DNA from: an uncultured Nitrososphaerota archaeon | Lineage (GTDB): Archaea; Thermoproteota; Nitrososphaeria; Nitrososphaerales; Gagatemarchaeaceae | Assembly (NCBI GenBank): GCA_963838925.1 | Contig: CAWISW010000002.1 | Location: 96,001-160,000 of the forward strand | Length of the DNA stretch: 64,000 nt | Direction of reading: 5' to 3' | Part shown: piece by piece, positions 37,151 through 45,141 of the stretch | Layout of the letters: every line of letters starts with the position of its first letter | Numbering within the stretch: position 1 is the first letter of the stretch | Position numbers and translations under genes: made by a program | Notes under the pieces: generated by a model | The model's database searches: none | What the model saw: the letters and a program-made list of their open reading frames with translations, nothing else | What the model was told of the DNA's origin: nothing

Positions 37151-38662
37151 ATGAGCTTCGTCCTCTCCCTGCTAATCCTCCTCCCCCTCTTGGGGAGCGC
37201 CGTCACCTACGCTCTCTCCAGCCTCGGGTCGGGAAGGAAGACGGCACCCTACCTCGCGGCTGGGTTCGCCTGCGCGACTCTCCTCATTGCGGGCTACGCC
37301 TTCTGGTCTGTCTACTCGAGCACCCCCGCCCTCGGGCAATACGCACTGACCGAGGACCACCCATGGATCACCCTCCCTGGGTTCGGGGTGGACATACTCC
37401 TCGGGCTCGACGGTCTTAGCGCGCCGCTCGTCCTCGTCTCATCAATCGTCGCGGTACTGTCGATCCTGAGCTCGAGGTCTCTGATAGCCAAGAGGGAGCC
37501 CGCGTACTACGCGCTCCTCCTCCTGGTCGAGGCCTCGGTGATGGGCGCGTTCACGTCTCTCAACCTCATCGTGTTCTACCTATTCTGGGAGCTGACCCTC
37601 ATCCCGATGTTCTTCCTCATCGGGGTGTGGGGAGGCGACAGGAGGAAGTACGCCGCTCTGAAGTTCATCATCTACACGTTCGCAGGGAGCGCAGTGATGC
37701 TCCTCGGGTTCCTCGCCCTTTACTTCGGCGTGTCGCCCTCGACCTTCGACATCCCCAACCTCGTGGGGAAGATACCCGCGGGGCTGCAGTACCTCCCTCT
37801 CCTTGCCGTCTTCGTAGGCTTCGCGGTCGAGCTCCCCGTCTTCCCCTTCCATAGCTGGCAGCCCGACGCATACGAGCAGGCTCCCGCCCCGGTCAACTCG
37901 CTCCTCTCGGGCATCCTTCCAAAGTTCGCGGGGTACGCCGTGATCAGGATCGGTCTCGGCCTCTTCCCGCAGGCCGCCTTCCAGTACGCTTGGGCCTTCA
38001 TCCTGGTGGCTGTGGTCTCCATGTTCTACGGCGCGGTGGTGGCCCTCCTCCAGAGCGACCTGAAGCGGATGTTCGCCTACACCAGCATCAGCCACATGGG
38101 ATTCGTCCTCTTCGGTGCGTTCGCGACCGTCGCCTCCGGCAACCCCCTCGGGATAGAGGGAGCGATCTTCCTCATGTTCACTCACGCCCTGGCGGTCGGC
38201 GGGCTCTTCACCATCTCGGGGTTCGCGGAGAAGCTCTCTGGGAGCAGGGAGATTCCGCTCCTCGGGGGGATGCGGCGCCAGGCTCCCCTGCTCGCCGCCC
38301 TGCTGGCGGTCTCCAGTTGCGCCATGATGGGCATCCCGCCCTTCGCCAGCTTCCTCGCCGAACTGATGGTCATCTCCGGAGGGATCTCCGCCTACTCCTC
38401 GACCGCAATCACGGTCCTGGTGCCTGTGATAACCGGGGGCTACTTCCTCTGGATGCTGAAGCGGGTCGTCGTCGACCCCGCGCCCCAGGCAGCCGAGGGC
38501 GGGAAGGCCGCATCTGACGTCTCGACGGCGGACGCCACGATAATCGCGCTCTACCTCGTCCCCCTGATCCTCCTCACGATCTTCTCCTTCGTCGTTCTCA
38601 CGCCAGCCGCTCCTGTCGCACAGTGGACCGCGAACCTCGTACACGGAACGGTGCACCCATGA
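37151..38662 (+). CDS. nuoM: NADH-quinone oxidoreductase subunit M, copy 2
   Basis: GLDGLS, FWELTLIPMFFLIGVWG, PFHSW-x-PD, AYTSISHMG and FLAEL motifs. Confidence 0.9.
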   Translation: MSFVLSLLILLPLLGSAVTYALSSLGSGRKTAPYLAAGFACATLLIAGYAFWSVYSSTPALGQYALTEDHPWITLPGFGVDILLGLDGLSAPLVLVSSIVAVLSILSSRSLIAKREPAYYALLLLVEASVMGAFTSLNLIVFYLFWELTLIPMFFLIGVWGGDRRKYAALKFIIYTFAGSAVMLLGFLALYFGVSPSTFDIPNLVGKIPAGLQYLPLLAVFVGFAVELPVFPFHSWQPDAYEQAPAPVNSLLSGILPKFAGYAVIRIGLGLFPQAAFQYAWAFILVAVVSMFYGAVVALLQSDLKRMFAYTSISHMGFVLFGAFATVASGNPLGIEGAIFLMFTHALAVGGLFTISGFAEKLSGSREIPLLGGMRRQAPLLAALLAVSSCAMMGIPPFASFLAELMVISGGISAYSSTAITVLVPVITGGYFLWMLKRVVVDPAPQAAEGGKAASDVSTADATIIALYLVPLILLTIFSFVVLTPAAPVAQWTANLVHGTVHP

Positions 38663-40155
38663 TGGCGGACTACATCCTCTTTGCCGTGGTCTCCCTTTCC
38701 GCCGCGGCTCTCGGAGTCCCGTTCCTCCAGTTCGCTGGCAAGCGGGGGAACCTCCCAGGCTACCTCCTCATCGCCGCGCTCCTCGCGGCCCTCGCGTTCA
38801 CAGTCCTCAACGCGGCCACCGGCTCGACCAGCTCCGCGCCCTTCGGGACGCTCCTCACCTCTGACCAGCTGGGCAACCTGTTCGCGATCCTGACGGTCTT
38901 CGTGACGCTCTTCGTCGCTGCCGCGTCGCTCACGCTGGTCCCCTCGGGCCGCTCGAGCAACACCCCGCTCTACTACTCGCTCCTCTCGTTCGCGGCGCTC
39001 GGGATGCTCCTCATCTCTTACTCAACCGACCTGCTCATGCTCTTCGTCGCCTGGGAGCTCATGAGCATCCCGACCTACGCCCTAGCCGGCTTCCAGAAGG
39101 ACAAGGAGGAGTCCAACGAGGCCGCCGTAAAGTACGCCGTGCTCGGCGCTCTCTCTTCCGCGATCATTCTGTACGCCATCAGCCTCACCTACGGGCTGAC
39201 CGGGACGACAGGTATCGCCGCCGCAGCGGCCTCTCTGGGCTCGCAGCTCACCAACCCCGTCGCAGGCTTGGCCGTGCTGCTGTTCATCGTGGGCTTTGGG
39301 TTCAAGATGTCGATCGTTCCCTTCCACATGTGGGCCCCCGACGCCTACGAGGGCGCCCCCACCCCGATCGCGGCCCTCTTCGCGGCGGGCACGAAGAAGG
39401 CAGGGTTCGTCGCCACGATAAGGGTCGTCCTCGCGATCTCCACGGTCTACTCGCTCGCCCCGCACGGCGGACTCTTCACCATCCCCAACGTCCTCGCCGT
39501 CCTGGCCCTCGCCACCATGACGCTGGGAAACCTCGCCGCGCTCACGCAGAAGAGCATGACACGCCTCCTCGCGTATTCCAGCATTGCCCAGGCGGGCTAC
39601 ATCCTGATCGGCTTCGTGATCTACTCCTACGGACAGGGGGACCCGGCCTTCGCCCAGCAGGCCCAGATAGGGCTCACGGGAGCGCTCTTCCATATCATCA
39701 ACCACTCCGTGATGAAGGGGGCGGCCTTCCTGGGCGCGGGGCTGGTCATACTCAAGCTGGGCAGCGGGAGCGTGGAGACATTCAACGGGCTGGGAAAGAG
39801 GATGCCGGTTACGGCATTCAGCATGGCCGTCGCCTTCCTCGCGCTCGCGGGGGTGCCGCCGTTGAGCGGCTTCTGGAGCAAGCTGCTCCTCTTCACCTCG
39901 GTCCTCAACGGGCCGTACGCGTGGCTGGCGGTCGCCGGCGTCCTGAACAGCGCCCTCAGCATGGGCTACTACGGATGGGCGATCAAGCGGATGTACATGG
40001 ACGAGCCGGACGGCGAGTCCAGCCGCGTCGAGGAGCCGCTCTCGTTCGTCCTGGTGCTTGGCGTCCTGGTGGCCCTCATAATCGCCTTCGGAATATTCCC
40101 GGGGCCGTTGATCTCATTCGCACAGAACGCCGTGCCGGCGCTGGCAGCCCCCTAG
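38659..40155 (+). CDS. nuoN: NADH-quinone oxidoreductase subunit N
   Basis: EAAVKY, GFKMSIVPFHMWAPDAYEGAP, RLLAYSSI and GF-x-x-K motifs. ATGA overlap with nuoM2. Confidence 0.93.
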   Translation: MMADYILFAVVSLSAAALGVPFLQFAGKRGNLPGYLLIAALLAALAFTVLNAATGSTSSAPFGTLLTSDQLGNLFAILTVFVTLFVAAASLTLVPSGRSSNTPLYYSLLSFAALGMLLISYSTDLLMLFVAWELMSIPTYALAGFQKDKEESNEAAVKYAVLGALSSAIILYAISLTYGLTGTTGIAAAAASLGSQLTNPVAGLAVLLFIVGFGFKMSIVPFHMWAPDAYEGAPTPIAALFAAGTKKAGFVATIRVVLAISTVYSLAPHGGLFTIPNVLAVLALATMTLGNLAALTQKSMTRLLAYSSIAQAGYILIGFVIYSYGQGDPAFAQQAQIGLTGALFHIINHSVMKGAAFLGAGLVILKLGSGSVETFNGLGKRMPVTAFSMAVAFLALAGVPPLSGFWSKLLLFTSVLNGPYAWLAVAGVLNSALSMGYYGWAIKRMYMDEPDGESSRVEEPLSFVLVLGVLVALIIAFGIFPGPLISFAQNAVPALAAP

Positions 40156-40159
40156 GCGT

Positions 40160-41020
40160 CTAAAAGTCCCGCTTGACTGAAAAGTCTGTGAGCTCCATGA
40201 GGAGCGAGGTGGCGTCGCTCTTCCCGAGCAGGGAGAGCCTGTCCTTCGCCTTCTTCGCGTAGGAGTCGGTCATCGCCTGCAGCCGGTCCAGGAGCGCCCT
40301 CTCGTCGCCCCTCCGCCTCAGCGCCGCCGTGATCTTGTCTTCCGTCCCCCAATCGAGGATGTCGTCGTGGGCCTGGTATGCTATCCCCAAGAACCTGCCG
40401 TATTCTGTGAGCGCTTCCAGCTTCTCCGGCGAAGCCCCGCCTACGAGCGCTCCCAACCTCACCGCGGTCTCGAAGAGCGCCGCGGTCTTCTTGGAGATCA
40501 CCTCCAGGTACTCGTCCCACTCGAGCTTGTAGACCTCAGGGTCGATCGTCAGTTCGGCGTACTCCCCCTCGCACATGTTCATTGCCGCGTTGCTTATCGT
40601 CGTCGCGACCCTCCGGTCGGGATACCTCGCCGCAATCGCGAGTATCATAGCGAACACAAAGTCCGCCGTTAGGAGCGAGGTGCTGTACCCATATCGCACG
40701 TGGAACGCGGCCCTCCCTCTCCTGGAAGCCTCTTGGTCGATTATGTCGTCGTGGATTATCGACTCGGCGTGGAGGAGCTCGACGGCGACCGCGGCGTCAA
40801 GGACCACGTCGTCGTCAGCGTGCCCCACGGCTTCAGCGGCCAGGAGCAGCACAAGAGGCCTGATGCGCTTCCCACCGTCGAGAGCGTACCTCAGCGGCCC
40901 GTGGAACCGGGAGTCCGAGTACCTGCTCAGCTCTCTCTCTATGGCACCGTTGATTCTTTCGAGATGCTGCTTGGTCTTGACCTCTATCCTGTCTAGGAAC
41001 TCTAGGTCTTTCTTGGCCAA
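40160..41020 (-). CDS. Polyprenyl diphosphate synthase (trans-IPPS)
   Basis: GGKRIRP, HDDIID...RRG, KKTA and YQ-x-x-DDILD motifs. Start placed at TTG 41020. Confidence 0.9.
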   Translation of the reverse strand: MAKKDLEFLDRIEVKTKQHLERINGAIERELSRYSDSRFHGPLRYALDGGKRIRPLVLLLAAEAVGHADDDVVLDAAVAVELLHAESIIHDDIIDQEASRRGRAAFHVRYGYSTSLLTADFVFAMILAIAARYPDRRVATTISNAAMNMCEGEYAELTIDPEVYKLEWDEYLEVISKKTAALFETAVRLGALVGGASPEKLEALTEYGRFLGIAYQAHDDILDWGTEDKITAALRRRGDERALLDRLQAMTDSYAKKAKDRLSLLGKSDATSLLMELTDFSVKRDF

Positions 41021-41053
41021 TAGTGCGGGACCGGTGCGCAACAGGCCCGCGTG

Positions 41054-41065
41054 ATATATATAATA
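41054..41065. promoter_or_regulatory. Shared TATA tract of a divergent promoter
   Basis: ATATATATAATA between the divergent starts at 41020 and about 41081. Confidence 0.5.
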
Positions 41066-41080
41066 TTTTGCGGGTTTGTG

Positions 41081-41806
41081 ATGCCGATGCTCCGATTCCG
41101 CCTCCACCAGCTCTACCTGCCCTCGCTTGGTAGGTACCTGCTCCCTCTCCCGAAGCTGACAAGCGCCCAAGTGTCCCTCCTCTCCGCCCATCTGGAAGGA
41201 GAGGGCTTCCGCCTCTCGGTCGGAGCGGATCCCCGCAGGCTGACGGCGATGAAGTACAGGCAGCGCATCACGATCGACGGTGGGCTCGGGCTCGCGTCGT
41301 CCGGCTCTGACGTGCTGGACGCACTCGGCCCTGCAGTCCCTGAGCTGCTCTCCTCTGAAAGGTCGGAGTCTGGCAAAGTGGGCTCAAAGGCCACGGCGTA
41401 CTTCTCGTTGAAGAGGTCTGGGGGTTCGACGGAGCTCCAATTCTTCCCACGGATGGAGTCGCTGAGGACCTGGACTTGCCTGCGCAAGGACGGGTTGTGC
41501 GGGCTCACGCCCGACGAGGCGGTGGTCCTCAACCATCTCTTGGGGAAGGCTTCTGGCACTTCCTCGGTTGAGTGCGTCACCGCAAGGCCGAGGGACGGTT
41601 CGAAGCCTCTCCAGTTCGGCAAGAACGTCTACTACAAGTCGACGGTTCGCGTGAAGGAGTTCCTCTCCTCGCTCAGAACGATCGAATCCGGGGGGGAGCA
41701 ATCCGACTCCTTCCTCCCTAGGGACTCGGTCATGGCCGTGGCGCACGCGCATGTGGAGACTCGCCTAGACAGGGCAGAGCTAGGCGAGTGGTGTTTCTTT
41801 CAGTAG
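41081..41806 (+). CDS. Hypothetical protein
   Basis: About 240-aa ORF filling the gap after a TATA tract. No recognised motif. Confidence 0.55.
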   Translation: MPMLRFRLHQLYLPSLGRYLLPLPKLTSAQVSLLSAHLEGEGFRLSVGADPRRLTAMKYRQRITIDGGLGLASSGSDVLDALGPAVPELLSSERSESGKVGSKATAYFSLKRSGGSTELQFFPRMESLRTWTCLRKDGLCGLTPDEAVVLNHLLGKASGTSSVECVTARPRDGSKPLQFGKNVYYKSTVRVKEFLSSLRTIESGGEQSDSFLPRDSVMAVAHAHVETRLDRAELGEWCFFQ

Positions 41807-41864
41807 CCGGCTCCCCGACGCCCAGAAACCTCTAATTGGTGCTCGCGGGAGCCACGAGCCAAGG

Positions 41865-41959
41865 GCCCCGGTAGTATAGTCCGGTCAAACTGAAACGCAG
41901 TATCGAGAGTATGCTGGCCTTTCGAGTCGGCGACGCGGGATCGAATCCCGCCCGGGGCA
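41865..41959 (+). tRNA. tRNA-Glu(TTC) with a 20-nt non-canonical D-loop intron (41888-41907)
   Basis: Acceptor GCCCCGG/CCGGGGC+A, D-stem GTAT/GTAT, anticodon arm CTGGC-CTTTCGA-GTCGG, T-arm GCGGG-ATCGAAT-CCCGC. BHB-like motif: bulge CAA, helix CGGT/ATCG, bulge AGA. Confidence 0.9.
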
Positions 41960-42031
41960 CCTTTTACAATAAGCCCTTTTCTCGCTCTATTTGACTAAAT
42001 GAGGCTGAAATGAGCCGACAAGACAATTGCT

Positions 42032-43087
42032 TCAGCCGTCGCTGCGCGAGCGAACGCTCGACCGTTGATGGCGTCCGAACATGCCTTCTACCCCCGTCAA
42101 GACCGCCATCACCCTGACTCCTCCGTGCATGTTCTCCTCAACCCTGGCACCCCAGACGATTCTGACGTCAGGTCTGAGGGTGCCCGTTATTTCGTCGCTC
42201 GCGGCCATGACCTCTTCGAGTGTAACGTCTCCTCCCCCCGTCACGTGCACCAAAACTCCGTAAGACTTTGAAACGTCTCGTAGGTCCAGGAGCCTGCCGT
42301 CTATTGCGTTCTTGGCTGCGTTCCCGACTCTCCTCTTGCCGGAGGATTCTCCCACGCCTATGGCAGCCAACCCCCTTCGCTCCGTTATCGCCTTTAGGTC
42401 AGCGTAGTCTATGTTGATGAGGGACGCCGTGGTTATGGTCTCGGTGATGCCCTTCACGAACTGACACACCAATTCGTTCGCTACCCCCAAACCCTGCTCG
42501 AGAGGTAGGTCACCTGCGACCTTTGAGAGTCTGGAGTTGTCAATCACGACCACCGTGTCGCAGTACTCTCGAAGCTTGTCGAGGCTCTTTCTGGCTTTCT
42601 TGTACCTGTACCTCTCGAAGGAGAAAGGAAGCGTGACGACCCCGATCTTTAGGATACCCTCTCCTGGGAGGGCCTTTGCGAGCACGTTTATCGCACCCGT
42701 ACCGGTCCCTCCCCCCAGACCCGCGCAAAGAAGGAGTATGCTCGACCCCGCAACGGCCTCTCTGAGCTCCTTAAGGCTCTCGTAGGCAGCCTTTTCACCG
42801 ATTTCGGGATGGCCGCCTGCGCCTTGACCATGAGTGATTTTCTCGCCGATGAGAATCCTAATGTCGGCCTTCGTCACGCTCAGGTGCACCGCGTCGGTGT
42901 TCGCGGCGATGAGCTTGCAGCCCTCGATTCCTTTCTCCTTCATCCAAGAAACAATGTTGCTTCCTGCTCCACCGATGCCTACGACGCAGACCCTGGGACG
43001 TGCTGCTGCCACAGCCCCTGCCAACCTGGCAGCCTCCGACAGATCCTGGGACGAAGAATCTCGCTCGATGGTATTCGTTGGCACCAA
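42032..43087 (-). CDS. ftsZ: FtsZ-family GTPase
   Basis: GIGGAGSN, NTD, GAGG-x-PEIG, GLGGGTGTG, TLPF-x-FE and T7 loop INIDYADL. Short C-terminus. Confidence 0.88.
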   Translation of the reverse strand: MVPTNTIERDSSSQDLSEAARLAGAVAAARPRVCVVGIGGAGSNIVSWMKEKGIEGCKLIAANTDAVHLSVTKADIRILIGEKITHGQGAGGHPEIGEKAAYESLKELREAVAGSSILLLCAGLGGGTGTGAINVLAKALPGEGILKIGVVTLPFSFERYRYKKARKSLDKLREYCDTVVVIDNSRLSKVAGDLPLEQGLGVANELVCQFVKGITETITTASLINIDYADLKAITERRGLAAIGVGESSGKRRVGNAAKNAIDGRLLDLRDVSKSYGVLVHVTGGGDVTLEEVMAASDEITGTLRPDVRIVWGARVEENMHGGVRVMAVLTGVEGMFGRHQRSSVRSRSDG

Positions 43088-43159
43088 AGTCAGTCCTACG
43101 GCTTCTTCTCACCGTCCAGCGCGATTTAAGGCCGACTCTGAAGACTTGCAAGGAGCTCT

Positions 43160-43316
43160 CGGCTCGACGCGATTCGAACTCGAATCGACCGGCTCTAGAC
43201 TGGCACCATCGCCGCCAGGCCTCCAAAGCCGAGGGATTCGACCCAGATGGTCTAACGCCCGCCAGGGGCACATCCATAAATAAGCTTCGTTTTGCGCTCT
43301 ATTTATCAAGAGGAGG
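43160..43316 (+). repeat. Degenerate tRNA-derived repeat of about 155 bp, copy 1
   Basis: Core AGGGATTCGACCCAGATGGTCTAACGCCCGCC (43232-43263) matches 43879-43910 at 29/32. The tail resembles the tRNA-Glu 3' end and its downstream flank. Confidence 0.75.
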
Positions 43317-43423
43317 ATGAATTACGCCATGTTTGGGGCATTGTACCCGTGGGAAAAACGCGGTTCAACGATCCCACGAATGTGATTAAATTATGGGGAG
43401 CTCGATAGCGGTCGGGTGCGGAC

Positions 43424-43783
43424 TTGGCAAGAGAACTCCTTCTTGGTGAGACGATTCTGAACAGAGGTGGAACAATGGTTGTCCCTGAGAAGGTACTTGA
43501 GGGACTGAGGCTTAAGCCGAAGCCGGGCGAGAGGTCCAAGCTACTGTGGACTCTTGAGGGAGGCGAGGTGATTGTCACCAAGGGGACGCCGCAGTCGGAT
43601 TGGAGAAAGACCATGCTCAGGAAGAATGGGACGGCGGCCGTCCCCAGGCACATTCAGCAGGCGCTGAACCTGAGAATCACCTCCAACAGCGAGGAGAAGG
43701 TGCTGTGGATACGGAAGGGGGACCAGATAGTCGTCAGGAAGGGAAAGCGCACACGAGTCCCGCGTGGACGTAACGCACTCTGA
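43424..43783 (+). CDS. Tandem AbrB/SpoVT-like DNA-binding protein
   Basis: Two repeats of T-x-L-x-x-x-GT-x-x-VP-x-x-(V/I)-x-x-x-L-x-L...LW...G-x-x-(I/V)V-x-KG. Confidence 0.7.
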   Translation: MARELLLGETILNRGGTMVVPEKVLEGLRLKPKPGERSKLLWTLEGGEVIVTKGTPQSDWRKTMLRKNGTAAVPRHIQQALNLRITSNSEEKVLWIRKGDQIVVRKGKRTRVPRGRNAL

Positions 43784-43806
43784 CGTCAATGCAATTACGA
43801 GCCCGC

Positions 43807-43962
43807 GGGCCTGGCCGGATTCGAACACAAATCAAGTGGCCTTGAAAGGCGGTCTTGACGCTGGGCCCCGAAATGCTCAGGGATTCGAACCAGATGGTTC
43901 AACGCCCGCCCGGGCACCACTTCAAAACAAGTGCGTTCTATGCTCTATATGTCGAAAGGAGG
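43807..43962 (+). repeat. Degenerate tRNA-derived repeat of about 155 bp, copy 2
   Basis: Aligns with 43160-43316. Its reverse complement contains GCCTTTCAAGGC (Glu-like anticodon loop) and GTTCGAATCCGGCCAGGCCC (T-loop and acceptor-like). Confidence 0.75.
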
Positions 43963-44014
43963 CAGAAACGACCGACAGGAGGGGCGTCATGCTCGCCAGG
44001 TTGGGAGCGCCTCG

Positions 44015-44063
44015 TAGCGGGCCTGCGGGACCCGCCCCTGAGCGGGTTATCAAAGTGGATTCC
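44015..44063 (+). repeat. Left direct repeat of the heme island (att-like)
   Basis: TAGCGGGCCTGCGGGACCCGCCCCTGAGCGGGTTATCAAAGTGGATTCC; 43/50 identical to 54351-54400 by hand alignment. Confidence 0.8.
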
Positions 44064-44109
44064 GTTCAGCACGACTGAGTGAAGTTGGGCGCCTCTCTTC
44101 CCTCTTCCG

Positions 44110-45141
44110 TTAGGACCTCGTCGTGGTAGTCTTGTGAACCATCTCGACGATGCTCCGAAGGTTTTCTGGAGGTGTCTCCTTTAGGACACCGTGGCCAAGA
44201 CTGAAGATGTGCCCCGCCTTGCCTTCCGATTGTCGCAAAATCCTCCCGACCTCCCGCCGCATGGGTTCTCCTCCTGTCAACGCTACGGCCGGGTCGAGGT
44301 TCCCCTGAATGCCGGCGACGTTCCTTGACTTGGCCCAGGCGTCGCTCATCTCTATCCGCCAGTCGACGCTCAGGACGTCGGGACCGGTCTCAATGAACTT
44401 CTCGATGAGAGGTGCGGAGTTCGCGCAGAAATGTATCCGCGGAACCTTTCCGTCGAGTGACTGTAAAACCTCCTTTGTGTACTGGGAGACATACAACTCA
44501 TAGTCCGAGGGCGAGAGGCAGCCTACCCAGCTGTCGAAAAGCTGAATCGCATCGACCCCGTGTGAAATCTGTGATGAGAGGTATGTCTTCACCATCTTGG
44601 TGAGCACGCTCATCAGGCTGTGCCAGGTCTGAGGCTCGCCATACATCATTCTCTTTGTCCTCTCAAGGTCTCTGCTGGGCTGCCCCTCGATTATGTAACC
44701 CGCCAGAGTGAACGGCGCCCCAGAGAACCCAATCAGAGGAACCTGGTCGCCTAGCTTTTGGACGGTCGCGTCGATGCCGTCGAGAACATATCCGACGTCC
44801 TCATCTGGGTTGAGGTCCTTGAGCGAGTTGACTTCATCGGCAGTCCTGATTGGATTGGCCACAACGGGCCCAACGTTCTCTTCTATCTTGAAGCTGACCC
44901 CCATTCCTTCGAGAGGGAGCATGATGTCCGCGAAGACTATCCCCGCGTCCACGCCAAGCGCATTCACAGCGTCTACAACGGCCTGAGACGCCAGGGAAGG
45001 GTCCTTGGCCACTTCCAAGATTGACCTACCGCCCTTCAGTGCGCGGTAGCTTGGCAGGTACCTGCCCGCCTGCCTCATGAACCAGACGGGGGTGTGCGCC
45101 GGCTCCTTCCTGTTGCACGCGTCAATGAACGTCGAGTTCAT
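44110..45141 (-). CDS. hemE: Uroporphyrinogen decarboxylase
   Basis: PVWFMRQAGRYLP, LIGFSGAPFTL, QLFDSW, QGNLDP and LGHGV motifs. ATG 45141 overlaps the hemL stop. Confidence 0.95.
   Translation of the reverse strand: MNSTFIDACNRKEPAHTPVWFMRQAGRYLPSYRALKGGRSILEVAKDPSLASQAVVDAVNALGVDAGIVFADIMLPLEGMGVSFKIEENVGPVVANPIRTADEVNSLKDLNPDEDVGYVLDGIDATVQKLGDQVPLIGFSGAPFTLAGYIIEGQPSRDLERTKRMMYGEPQTWHSLMSVLTKMVKTYLSSQISHGVDAIQLFDSWVGCLSPSDYELYVSQYTKEVLQSLDGKVPRIHFCANSAPLIEKFIETGPDVLSVDWRIEMSDAWAKSRNVAGIQGNLDPAVALTGGEPMRREVGRILRQSEGKAGHIFSLGHGVLKETPPENLRSIVEMVHKTTTTRS

Noticed and set aside
43805-43870. A functional second tRNA on the minus strand
   Set aside because: It has anticodon-like and T-loop-like pieces but no proper D-arm or T-stem, so it is treated as a repeat remnant.
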